Below are positions 20,501-29,018 of a stretch of 64,000 nt of DNA, in pieces. The notes beneath the pieces were generated by a model, which saw only the letters and a program-made list of their open reading frames with translations, searched no databases and was not told the DNA's origin. Within the stretch, counting starts at the first letter, position 1, and every line of letters starts with the position of its first letter. The position numbers and the translations under genes are program-made. This stretch comes from a virus (lineage: Duplodnaviria; Caudoviricetes), in the IMG/VR virus record IMGVR_UViG_3300021093_000004. One strand, 5' to 3'.

Positions 20501-21414
20501 TCACCACGGGCGGATTGATGCTAATGGCGTCGGCGGCATACTTGTACATGGCCGGTACAATGATGATGATTGCCGGTAGTGTTCTTGTTGACGGATCGAT
20601 GGTGTTAATTATAGCTTCGACATGGCTATTTGTAGCATCGCTTGAAATGTTGAAGGCTGGTATGGCCATCCTGCCTGGATCATATATGATATATCTCGGT
20701 CTGTCATTGCTACAGATGGCTGTGTCAAGATTTGCTAACACCATTGAACAAATTAAGATCGTTGGTGAGGGCATACTCAAATTAGCAACAGCCTTCAAGA
20801 TGATTCAAGACATTCCTGCCAGCAAATTGAAAGATGTTGCCGCTGATGCATTGAATGCGTTGCCGGATATTGATGCACTCGCGACTGGTTTGGATCAGGT
20901 GTCTGGAAAGCTTGCTGAATCTACCAGAAGATTCGCTGGCCCAGCGAATGAATTGGCTGAAGTCTTAGAACGACTTGGTACTGCTATCTCTCAATTTGGA
21001 GAGGGATTATCTCTCGCTGAAGATGTAGGCCAATTGGCGAACATGTTGGATCAATACGCATCTCTCTTAGAGGGAGCGGCTGATCGTATGGAAACTGCTG
21101 TTCAAACACGAGCGATTCCTGCAATGCGTGCCGCTGAGCAGGCCGGATTACAAGAAGCAGTTCGTTCCGAAGCGATTACTACAGTACAGGTAATGACTGA
21201 TTCCGAAGGTGGAGAGGACGACTCTACTGATTTAGCTGCTATTGGTACGGCTCAGTTGGTCGCGTTATTAGCACTGCAAGAGACAGTTGCAGGATTGCAA
21301 CCAAGTCGATCTGGTCCAATCCAAGATATTGTGAGCTTATTGCAGGCATACCTGCCAGCAATGGCTAGAAAAGACACGGGCCTTTCTACAGAATTTAACG
21401 CTTGGGCGAAGTAG
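17569..21414 (+). CDS. Tape measure protein
   Basis: 1281 aa, helical Ala/Gln-rich N-half, long hydrophobic repeat region, lies before baseplate genes. Confidence 0.85.
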   Translation: MPAVDPNVYALSIQLQLDSQEAFSTLDRFGESITAVEEQMAKAADKALHNINNIVQQIETSLTHVTDLIGQMDMSAVKVASSLDSINRSTTDSQKTTEEDLDNLLKQRDLWEEVVDFYAEVTESLEQHLKLHTRDVKLLDDIHQAILTKNIGHNDQNKFIDAGNKGLQHGNKLARGQRDAVKAIADMWHSVSAALAGTVAYYAKVDQGTEAFVQTNYRAYGSQQLLLQSTRQLSTELGVSAETAIATYKALADVRTPREEIEKYAQVVAMANRTTGANIQTLAIYTARMRALGLTAGPLQQHIARLTEQMRKFGLTADDVNRLMNNTSSSAADLRDLFGGNTEEVKKFEATFAALSGMAKQYGWEVSQIAQFQKNATNPEQWISLGNQTDMAIQGAEDYQAALLKIGSQLSTMQAEMDAAGGAATNQGMQIKNEMVGLLDAIGANEDSGKALIDMYRQASKEAGGAASSAADFQRVMDTMSNSMDNQYAESMAALYAEFERLKNTFGALSSSVLQFVADGLMYLISALNKILYPISVVITKVLQFINLLEKIPILGRYITYLKIIVAVLVVAGAVFLAAAGGISIFALAVGSASGIVTGAINIVTSMAQAMVSVARAVGESIVIILQSLGQGLAALGRSVQPVMLPLLALGLALMMVGAAAWMFAQAVKTIAEVGEAAIKVTLGMLVAIGLLGLMLVGLGYLAGPVAGGVLAIAGAILLVGLAAMLMGLGIMWAAQGLQIMAQVISVGLVTQLPTLALGLIALGLAALVAAPGLVLLGVALLFVGLGLTLIASALVLLSTALENLSGVKLVQVATGFLQASLIFIAAAGIAIVAGVLLLAASIILVPAALALLVASLILSLAGVIFFIAASMIAIGAALLAVGVSLLLPVAAMVFTAGVMIGVGGLMMLAGMIAMLAAVALMTGLSFILLLASIALGTAIALLVPIAGMVMGVGVLMYVGGLMMVMAGTLMVMAGMLFTTGGLMLMASAAYLYMAGTMMMIAGSVLVDGSMVLIIASTWLFVASLEMLKAGMAILPGSYMIYLGLSLLQMAVSRFANTIEQIKIVGEGILKLATAFKMIQDIPASKLKDVAADALNALPDIDALATGLDQVSGKLAESTRRFAGPANELAEVLERLGTAISQFGEGLSLAEDVGQLANMLDQYASLLEGAADRMETAVQTRAIPAMRAAEQAGLQEAVRSEAITTVQVMTDSEGGEDDSTDLAAIGTAQLVALLALQETVAGLQPSRSGPIQDIVSLLQAYLPAMARKDTGLSTEFNAWAK

Positions 21415-21415
21415 C

Positions 21416-21967
21416 ATGCCAGCACTCCTCATCCCTGCGGACTCTAAACTAGCTTCGGCAGTCGTATTTGAATTCCCACAAAACTCAAAAGTGGAATTTC
21501 AGTTTCCACCCAAAATCACAGGTGATAATCGAAGAGCTACGTGGAAAGAAAATACGTATGCTGGTCAAGTCGAACCAATTATGGTTTATGCATCGTCCGG
21601 GCCTCGTGAAGTAACGATGCAAATAACTTATATATATGATGGAAATTGGGATTCTAATAAGATCAAAACACAAGTTAGATTATTGCGTGGATATTTTCAA
21701 CGAGTTAAAGATCTGAAGCAGCAAAGAAATTTGGCTATCCTATTGAAATTGTGGTCTATCGGAGGAGAATCTTCGATGTCTTTTCGAATGAAATCTTGCG
21801 ATGTTAAATATAGCGAGACAATGATTTTTAAAGGAAAAGCGGAAAACGCTTATCCATTACGCACTGATATCACGTGTGATCTGGCGTCGTGGACAAGGGG
21901 AACCGCGCAAAAAGCTGATCAACCGCTTGAAGGCTTGCGAGAGACATTGATTCCAGAGTGGTATTAA
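21416..21967 (+). CDS. Baseplate/tube-initiator protein (gp48/gp54-like)
   Basis: FQFPPKI...Y.SSGPREVTMQITY motif directly after the tape measure. Confidence 0.6.
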   Translation: MPALLIPADSKLASAVVFEFPQNSKVEFQFPPKITGDNRRATWKENTYAGQVEPIMVYASSGPREVTMQITYIYDGNWDSNKIKTQVRLLRGYFQRVKDLKQQRNLAILLKLWSIGGESSMSFRMKSCDVKYSETMIFKGKAENAYPLRTDITCDLASWTRGTAQKADQPLEGLRETLIPEWY

Positions 21968-21968
21968 T

Positions 21969-22307
21969 ATGGCCGGAATATTAGACGATTTTTCGAGATT
22001 CTCGCGGACTGAAATGATCATCACTGATGGTCATGAAACATTCGGTAGGTGGAAGTCATATTCATTTTTGAAAGAACGTCCGGCAGATGAAAATATTGGA
22101 GTCTTTCGAGTCACATCTGCTGTAGAAGGTCGTCCAGACCTCATTTCTCAACAAGTATATGGTACGCCTCTCTTAGATTGGGTATTAATCGCTTTCAATA
22201 ATACAATAGACAATCAATCTGCTCGAAATGCGTTGAATTGGCCAAGAGCGGGTGACTTGGTAGAATACCCGGTTGAATCGATAGTGGTACCGGAGGTTCT
22301 TCAATAA
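21969..22307 (+). CDS. Baseplate wedge protein gp53-like (LysM-like fold)
   Basis: RPDLISQQVYGTPLLDWVLIAFNN. Confidence 0.82.
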   Translation: MAGILDDFSRFSRTEMIITDGHETFGRWKSYSFLKERPADENIGVFRVTSAVEGRPDLISQQVYGTPLLDWVLIAFNNTIDNQSARNALNWPRAGDLVEYPVESIVVPEVLQ

Positions 22308-24482
22308 ATGGACAATATCCATGTCGTATGGTCGAAATTTTTCTCGCACCGTACCCGTGTACTGTGGGAACGGTTTCCTGGATATTATCGGGCGTTGGTT
22401 GTAGAAACCAACGATCCACTTAACATATATCGAGTGAGATTTAAATGTCCTGATATACATGATTTCGACTTAAAGCCAGAAGATTGTCCATATGCGGTTC
22501 CAGCCCATGATCTTGGTGGATATAGAGCAGGTCGTTTCACACATCCGTGCATTGGTGATTGGATCTGGATTACGTTTGAGCGTCAACATCCATACGCTCC
22601 TGTGTGGGTCGGCTTCGCTAGTCCTACAAGACGGAAATTATACACATACCCACAAGTATTTCAGGTCACACCACTGAGTGTGAATGAAGAGGGAAGACCG
22701 GCTGACAAGCCATCAGACTACGATGAGGAGTATCTGCCCAAAGACGGGCGTCCGATGATGCATGGATGGCAAGACCGCTATGGCAGTCTTGATATTCACT
22801 CTGCTGTTGGCTTCTTTCCGAACGAACATGATCGTCAGCCACCTCCCCCAGATCACGATGCAGTTCAAAAGGCTGACTTTGATCAGCAGCGTCGCAAGCC
22901 GGAGATTAATAATCCTGATAAGAAGTATATGGCCAGGGTTACGAAGTATGGCCACATGCTATTACTTGGTGATCAGGGATATTATTGGAAGAAAGACGAA
23001 TATGGGGAATTAGGAGAATTCGAAGGTAAATTCAAAGAGGACGAAAAATTTGAGATAAAGCGATGGCTATACCTTCAGCGTCTGATGAACGAGGATAAGC
23101 CGCGATCCGATAGGCCATTCGGTGATCAACGCCGAATGACTATGTTGACGCGGTATGGGCATAGAATTGAATGCCGTGATGTCGGTTGGGCACAACAAGG
23201 ACCAATCCAATCGAAATCTCGTCAAGGAGAATATGGACCACGGAAGATTTTATCCAAAGAAGAAAAGAATGATTTCAGATGGATTAAGATTCGTACAAAA
23301 GGTGGAATGTTATTTCAGGCTTATGATAAGGGATTCCACCCCGACGAAGATATATTCATTAAACGCAATTTGATCGAAGAACAAGGGCATCTGAGCGAAG
23401 AAGAGCACAAATACTGGAAAAATAAAGATGCTCGATGGATTCGGATTGTCACCCGGCATGGGTTGAAGCTAGTCCTTGATGATCGGGGCACCGACGATAA
23501 GCGTTCACATAAGAGAGAACTTCCACGTCCTAATGGGATTCTTTTTAAGGGACGCCGCACACCAGCCGCTAAAATGCGAGAAGCTCGCGGAAAGCCGCGT
23601 GGTTTCGTTTGGGAGTTCAATGAAAATGATGCGGCTAACCACACTATGTGGGCATCGCCGCTTGGACAATCGGTAGAATTGAATGACCGCTATCAATATA
23701 TGATGATGGCGGTGTCAATGGGCAAAGGCTGGGTTCGCAAATGGCAGAATCTGAAAGAGAATGAATTTAGCCGTAAACCAATGATGATCCGCAAGCCAGA
23801 GCGGACATCATATCATTTGAAATTAGACCATGATAACGAATACTTGCGACTGAAAACGCGAGCGAACAAGGGTCCAAAGCCAGAGCGTCCAGCTAATCCA
23901 TCTGGGGTCGGTAAATCTGAGATTAACCAAGGGCTTGAAGCCCGTGACGGTAAAAAGGGCGATGGACCTTGGGTCGAAATTGTGGACTGTCAACATCGCG
24001 GGATGTGGTGGTCCAAACGCTATAAACTTGGTATTTGGAGAGCCAGAAAAAAGCGTAAGATGTATATGTGGATGGATGAGAAGAAGCGTGAAATTGTGAT
24101 CTTTAATCGCAATGGAAAAATTATAATATATTCGAGCACGGATGTTCAAGTGGTCTCAGACCGCAATATTCATATGCAGGCCGCTGGGCATATTTTCATG
24201 AAGGCTGGGCGTTCTATCCGGATGCAGGCCGGTGGTACTAAACTAACCGTCGGTAGAAATATTCTTACTAACACGACCATAAACGCTGCTCGTGTCCAAG
24301 CTTTTATCTGTGGTGTCTTTCCGGGTCCTGGTGCTGGATGTGCGAATCCATCGGGCGCACAAGTGGAACCCGTTATACCACCAGAAATTCCAGATATAAT
24401 TGAACCAACGGATCGGGCTAAAACTTACAATGAACCATTTGAAGAATGTCCGAAGGATGAAGTGGAGCATCCTGTCGAATGA
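22308..24482 (+). CDS. Baseplate spike/hub protein (gp5/VgrG-like)
   Basis: OB-fold motif YRALVVETNDPLNIYRVRF...PCIGDWIWITFE..PVW; recurring TxxGHxxxxxD beta repeats. Confidence 0.8.
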   Translation: MDNIHVVWSKFFSHRTRVLWERFPGYYRALVVETNDPLNIYRVRFKCPDIHDFDLKPEDCPYAVPAHDLGGYRAGRFTHPCIGDWIWITFERQHPYAPVWVGFASPTRRKLYTYPQVFQVTPLSVNEEGRPADKPSDYDEEYLPKDGRPMMHGWQDRYGSLDIHSAVGFFPNEHDRQPPPPDHDAVQKADFDQQRRKPEINNPDKKYMARVTKYGHMLLLGDQGYYWKKDEYGELGEFEGKFKEDEKFEIKRWLYLQRLMNEDKPRSDRPFGDQRRMTMLTRYGHRIECRDVGWAQQGPIQSKSRQGEYGPRKILSKEEKNDFRWIKIRTKGGMLFQAYDKGFHPDEDIFIKRNLIEEQGHLSEEEHKYWKNKDARWIRIVTRHGLKLVLDDRGTDDKRSHKRELPRPNGILFKGRRTPAAKMREARGKPRGFVWEFNENDAANHTMWASPLGQSVELNDRYQYMMMAVSMGKGWVRKWQNLKENEFSRKPMMIRKPERTSYHLKLDHDNEYLRLKTRANKGPKPERPANPSGVGKSEINQGLEARDGKKGDGPWVEIVDCQHRGMWWSKRYKLGIWRARKKRKMYMWMDEKKREIVIFNRNGKIIIYSSTDVQVVSDRNIHMQAAGHIFMKAGRSIRMQAGGTKLTVGRNILTNTTINAARVQAFICGVFPGPGAGCANPSGAQVEPVIPPEIPDIIEPTDRAKTYNEPFEECPKDEVEHPVE

Positions 24483-25231
24483 TTATAAAGTTTCCAACTG
24501 GATTATATAGTACAGCTCTTCCGTCGAAGCCGGAAGATGCTGGTAATGTTACATTCCTTATAAGTAACACTACTCCTCCACGCAGCAACCTATTGTTTCC
24601 TAAGGTACCGACTGGGATCGTTGAAAAGCGGAAACCGCCCAAAGAAGTAGTGTTGGTGAATCGTCGTAGTACATTTGGAAATTTAGTATTTTCTATATCT
24701 AAATCTACTCGTAAGGAAGAGGGAAACAACGCTCGGCAATTTGAAATCGGTCAAGTATTAGACTTCAATGATACTTCCGGGCAAGTTGTTGATTTGATGT
24801 TGGTTGGGACCGTAACCGAAATTCGTCATGATACGAATGTTCTCGATTATGAGCAAATGGGACTTACACCGGAGGAAGAGCAAGCAATTGCTGAGTTGTC
24901 GTTGTTGACTCAGGATCAACTTGCAAATCGTTTGAATGATTTGAAACAATTGCGTGGAGATGCCGAACAGGTCATTAACGTTCAACAGAAGTTGATTAAT
25001 GATACGACCAAGACGATCACCTCTCTGACCGTTACTCTGGAAGAGGGACCGACAACTGGCACTGCATCAACTGAGGCTTCGGTTGTCGAACAGTTGCTTG
25101 TTAAATTGAAGGCCAAACGAGATTCTGCGTTTGTGATCCGAAATCAAGCTGTTGCGGATGCTAATCGGTATGCAGAAGAGGCGACCAAAGTTCTTGACCA
25201 ATTACGCACTGTTGGGACTTTGGTGAAATAA
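24479..25231 (+). CDS. Hypothetical baseplate-associated protein with coiled-coil C-half
   Basis: Coupled to the gp5-like and gp25-like genes. Confidence 0.7.
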   Translation: MIIKFPTGLYSTALPSKPEDAGNVTFLISNTTPPRSNLLFPKVPTGIVEKRKPPKEVVLVNRRSTFGNLVFSISKSTRKEEGNNARQFEIGQVLDFNDTSGQVVDLMLVGTVTEIRHDTNVLDYEQMGLTPEEEQAIAELSLLTQDQLANRLNDLKQLRGDAEQVINVQQKLINDTTKTITSLTVTLEEGPTTGTASTEASVVEQLLVKLKAKRDSAFVIRNQAVADANRYAEEATKVLDQLRTVGTLVK

Positions 25232-25635
25232 TGGCAAAATTCAGACCACGAGCAACGTTTTTCGGATTCAATCCACCATTTATTGGTGGAGCACAGAACG
25301 TTATGTCTCGGCAGGAAGACGATCGGCTCATTAAGAATGACATCTTGCAATTGTTATTGACCATTCCAGGTGAAAGGGTCATGCGGCCCACATATGGGGT
25401 AAACCTACGCAATTTCGTGTTTGAAAATTTGGTTAGTTCCGACTTGTCAATATTACAATCGAATATCGAAGAGCAATTGAGAATATATGAGCCACGAGTA
25501 GATTTAGAATTTATTGATCTTCTTCCCGATCCAGATAAAAATGGGCTACAAATAAAGATAGTTGTAACGCTCAAGAAAGATCCAAAGAAACAACTGTCTA
25601 TCGAACAGTTCATACAAGGGATTCAAACGACATAA
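25231..25635 (+). CDS. Baseplate wedge protein gp25-like
   Basis: LLLTIPGERVMRPTYG...IYEPRV. Confidence 0.92.
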   Translation: MAKFRPRATFFGFNPPFIGGAQNVMSRQEDDRLIKNDILQLLLTIPGERVMRPTYGVNLRNFVFENLVSSDLSILQSNIEEQLRIYEPRVDLEFIDLLPDPDKNGLQIKIVVTLKKDPKKQLSIEQFIQGIQTT

Positions 25636-27257
25636 TGGCAAACGACATTCGCGAAACATTGTTCGAACTTCCACTCGTCCCAGACGAGTTTGGGGTCGTA
25701 TTATCACCGCCTAATCTTCGTCGCATCGACTTTAGCGGTTTGGATTATCCTACGGCCCGCAGAGCTATTATTGAATATATTCGAACATATTTCCCAGACG
25801 ATTTTAATGATTTTATCGCCAGTAACGGTATTATCATGTTGATCGAGATTTTGTCCAGCGTGGTGGCGAAATTGTCACTGCGTTCGGATATCTTGGCCAA
25901 TGAAGGAACACTGCCAACATCGACCACCGAAGAAGCTGTAGTGAATCATTTGGCTCTGATCAATCAGAGAATGAAGCGTCAGACGCCAGCCGTCACCGAC
26001 ATCGAAGTCACCGTTGACCAACCAATATTCACTGATATCGAAGTTGATCCTGGTACACTATTCTCAACCAGCGGCACCGATGGGCAATCGGTGTTTTACG
26101 AAGTCTTCCGTGCCCCCGGCGATTGGACCGGTAAGATCGTTATTCCAGCAGGCAAGCGTGGCGTTATAGCTTACGGATTGGAAGGGCAGTTTGGCAATCC
26201 GACGACTGTCACAAGCAGCGGTGGTCCGAACCAGCGGTTTACGCTCGAAGAACCGACGATGCTGGAGTCACCGATTTTTGTTTTCGTGACGGTGGGCAAT
26301 ACCAAAGAAGAATGGAAAGTTGTAATAGATCCGTTGGAGCGGTATGGACCTACTGATAAAGTGGTGGAAGTAAACTTTATTGATAACCAAACAATATTCA
26401 GGTTTGGTGATGATGTTACTGGTCAGGCCCCATTATCTGGATCACTTATAGAATTTAGGTTTAGAAGTGGTGGTGGACGGCGTGGGCGTATTGGCGTCGG
26501 CCTAATCGATTCGGCTCGTCAAGTAACACCGCTTCCTCCGGCCAACGCTGCCGTTCCCGTGCGTTTCAGAAACATCACGCCGTCCATAGGCGGTACTGAC
26601 AAAGAGACCGTCGAGCAGGCCAAGAGACGTGCTCCTCGTGACTTCTCGTTACAACGTAGTATCGTGACCGCTGATGATTACGCCCAGGCTGCTATTGCGT
26701 TTGCTCATCCGGTCTTCGGCTCGATTAGCAAAGCCATTGCTACACTGCGGACAGGGTTGAACGCTAACAGAGTTGAATTGTATGTCCTGGCTGAAGGTCC
26801 GGACAAATTGCCGACAGCCCCCAATGCTGGTTTGAAAGCCGGGTTGGTTACATACTTCTCTGATCTTAATGTCTTAACTGACCATATAGTAGTGCTGGAT
26901 GGTCAGATTAAGCCTGTCGATATCGAACTCAATGTGATTATCAATCGCAACGCAGATGCATCGGTGGTGCGTGAACGGGTGGAATCGGTAATCACTGAAT
27001 TTTTCGATCTGACACGTTGGGACATGGGTGAAGCCTTCTATGTCTCGAATTTCATTGAAACCATTGAAGCAATTGATGGTGTGGCTTATATTGACTTACT
27101 ATTCCCATATGATAATATTATTCCAACCGGTGTGCCTAAGGACCCGAATTCTGCTGGAATCGGATTCAACGAGGTAATTATAGAAGGAAAGCGAAAAACG
27201 AATTACTACTACGAAAAAGCTCCACCTCCTGGAGGCATTCGTACGGGGCGGCTATAA
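25635..27257 (+). CDS. Baseplate wedge protein gp6 / baseplate J-like
   Basis: IDFSGLDY...YFPDDFNDF; FRFGDDVTG; GGTDKET...RAPRD...VTADDY. Confidence 0.9.
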   Translation: MANDIRETLFELPLVPDEFGVVLSPPNLRRIDFSGLDYPTARRAIIEYIRTYFPDDFNDFIASNGIIMLIEILSSVVAKLSLRSDILANEGTLPTSTTEEAVVNHLALINQRMKRQTPAVTDIEVTVDQPIFTDIEVDPGTLFSTSGTDGQSVFYEVFRAPGDWTGKIVIPAGKRGVIAYGLEGQFGNPTTVTSSGGPNQRFTLEEPTMLESPIFVFVTVGNTKEEWKVVIDPLERYGPTDKVVEVNFIDNQTIFRFGDDVTGQAPLSGSLIEFRFRSGGGRRGRIGVGLIDSARQVTPLPPANAAVPVRFRNITPSIGGTDKETVEQAKRRAPRDFSLQRSIVTADDYAQAAIAFAHPVFGSISKAIATLRTGLNANRVELYVLAEGPDKLPTAPNAGLKAGLVTYFSDLNVLTDHIVVLDGQIKPVDIELNVIINRNADASVVRERVESVITEFFDLTRWDMGEAFYVSNFIETIEAIDGVAYIDLLFPYDNIIPTGVPKDPNSAGIGFNEVIIEGKRKTNYYYEKAPPPGGIRTGRL

Positions 27258-27665
27258 ATGATCCAGTGGACTAACAAAGTCTGGGGCAAAACTCGTGAAT
27301 TAATTGATACTCCATTCTATTCCAAACACGAACTGCAATTAATAGCGAAAACATATTGTTCCCTTCATTATCACCAACACCGTGCTAATAAATTTTTAGT
27401 AGTCAGCGGACAAGTTGAGATAATCGAGATGTATGGGCCGCATGTCGTTAGGACACTGCTCGGTCCAGATAATACACATGACGTGCCATCCTTAGTCACG
27501 CACATGTTCGTTGTCCACAAAGCCGGATCGATGATTGAAGAATATTATGGAGATCGCGGCGGACAAGTGCTATGCGATGATATCATTCGCATTGTTGAGG
27601 GTGGTAAGATGGATGTCTCGGACTTAAGTAAGCTTCCGTGGAATATAATTAAGAACATGATCTGA
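27258..27665 (+). CDS. Cupin-domain protein (mannose-6-phosphate isomerase C-terminal-like)
   Basis: KVWG...CSLHYHQHR..FLVVSG...VTHMF. Confidence 0.75.
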   Translation: MIQWTNKVWGKTRELIDTPFYSKHELQLIAKTYCSLHYHQHRANKFLVVSGQVEIIEMYGPHVVRTLLGPDNTHDVPSLVTHMFVVHKAGSMIEEYYGDRGGQVLCDDIIRIVEGGKMDVSDLSKLPWNIIKNMI

Positions 27666-27674
27666 GGGTATATC

Positions 27675-28034
27675 GTGTTTAAGCATCACTCGATAACGAT
27701 CTGGATGGTTGTCTATGACGCTGATCCGGATCGAATCTATAGTTTTAACAAATTCGAAAATGCAGTAGCATCTATCGACGGATCAATTCGTAGTTATGTC
27801 CTTGATGAGACCCCACAGATTGAATATGTGATATCGCATTGTGTGCAGCAAATCAGCGAATTAGAAGATGCTTCATGTATCCCGATTCAATTTGGTAATT
27901 TAAAGATTGTTGTTTATAAATGGTCTCTGGATCGTACTAGTCCTATCCATGCAATTCTTAGTGAATGTTATGATAAAATCGAAGATCTAGATCTACGCAA
28001 GCGAATTCGCCAATTATTCACTAAGAATTTTTAG
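27675..28034 (+). CDS. Hypothetical protein (119 aa)
   Basis: GAGGG RBS, GTG start. Confidence 0.6.
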   Translation: MFKHHSITIWMVVYDADPDRIYSFNKFENAVASIDGSIRSYVLDETPQIEYVISHCVQQISELEDASCIPIQFGNLKIVVYKWSLDRTSPIHAILSECYDKIEDLDLRKRIRQLFTKNF

Positions 28035-28342
28035 CGGTCTTCTGGATAATCGATCTCTGGCTCGGCATTCAGTCCAGACATCAATTCTTGCTTCAATCCA
28101 CGCAATATACTTGCTAGTAGTGATGCGACATCGTATTGATGTCCACGAGCGAAAACGATCGGATGGCTTTCCTCTGGGTGAATTGCAATTGCGATTGCAA
28201 CTGGTACTTTGTGCTCTTCACATGCTTTCCCAAATCCATTCGTAAGAGATTCGAATCGCTCGTCAAATATGGCTTGTCTTTGCTCTTCGGGTGATAGCTC
28301 TCGGTTGTGTTCAGTAGCAGAGGATGCAAGTTTGTCGGCCAT
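28031..28342 (-). CDS. Hypothetical protein
   Basis: GGAGA RBS before ATG 28342; helical protein-like sequence. Confidence 0.6.
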   Translation of the reverse strand: MADKLASSATEHNRELSPEEQRQAIFDERFESLTNGFGKACEEHKVPVAIAIAIHPEESHPIVFARGHQYDVASLLASILRGLKQELMSGLNAEPEIDYPEDR

Positions 28343-28367
28343 TTCATCTCCTTGTATTGACGGTCTT

Positions 28368-29018
28368 ATGAACACTGAAACTGTTGTCGCTGACCGTGTT
28401 ATGACTGTATGGGGATGGTGTTCCGATGCCTATTTACAGCAAGGGATGCGAATTTCATTTCCTGCCAATACAGACCCGCATCGAACATATCAATGGCGAT
28501 TTGCCTCATCGATCTCCAGGAAATTCAATGAGTGGGGATTTGATGACAATACTGCTAAGCGGTTTATAACAATAGCAGTGGGGCAAGCGAAACAGCGTGG
28601 AGTATTGAGGAAGGGATTGGCGGCACTCCATCAGTCGAACATGCTAGATATTTGTTATCAAATTCTAACTTCGCAACAAAAAGATAATGTCGATCAGATC
28701 GCATCTTTATCATCGATGAAACGTTGGTTTGATGCTCAAATCGGAAACGAAGATTCGCTCAAAACTTTGTTATGTCGACGCGAACGAAACACATTGCCCA
28801 ATATTATTCTATGGTATCAAGCATCGAAATTGTCGGATTTATTTCTCGCATTATCGAGAGCATGTGGCCGAGCGATGTCTCATTTGCACAACGAAGTCGA
28901 GTGTCGTCTACTTCCCTCAACTACTTCACTGTATTTGCTACGTTCTGAGTTTTTATCAGAACAACATAACGTGAAGACAACTAGAACCCTGTTTGGGACT
29001 GACTGGAGAAAACCGTGA
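28368..29018 (+). CDS. Hypothetical protein
   Basis: Coupled (GTGA) to the RNR start; probable ATG at 28368. Confidence 0.6.
   Translation: MNTETVVADRVMTVWGWCSDAYLQQGMRISFPANTDPHRTYQWRFASSISRKFNEWGFDDNTAKRFITIAVGQAKQRGVLRKGLAALHQSNMLDICYQILTSQQKDNVDQIASLSSMKRWFDAQIGNEDSLKTLLCRRERNTLPNIILWYQASKLSDLFLALSRACGRAMSHLHNEVECRLLPSTTSLYLLRSEFLSEQHNVKTTRTLFGTDWRKP

Noticed and set aside
20001-20798. 265-aa antisense ORF in the tape measure
   Set aside because: Mirror of the hydrophobic codon tract (Ile/Asn/Ala/Thr-rich); no independent signals.
5081-27257. Bacterial extracellular contractile injection system or T6SS
   Set aside because: Portal, terminase, protease and capsid genes are in the same region, so this is a phage tail.
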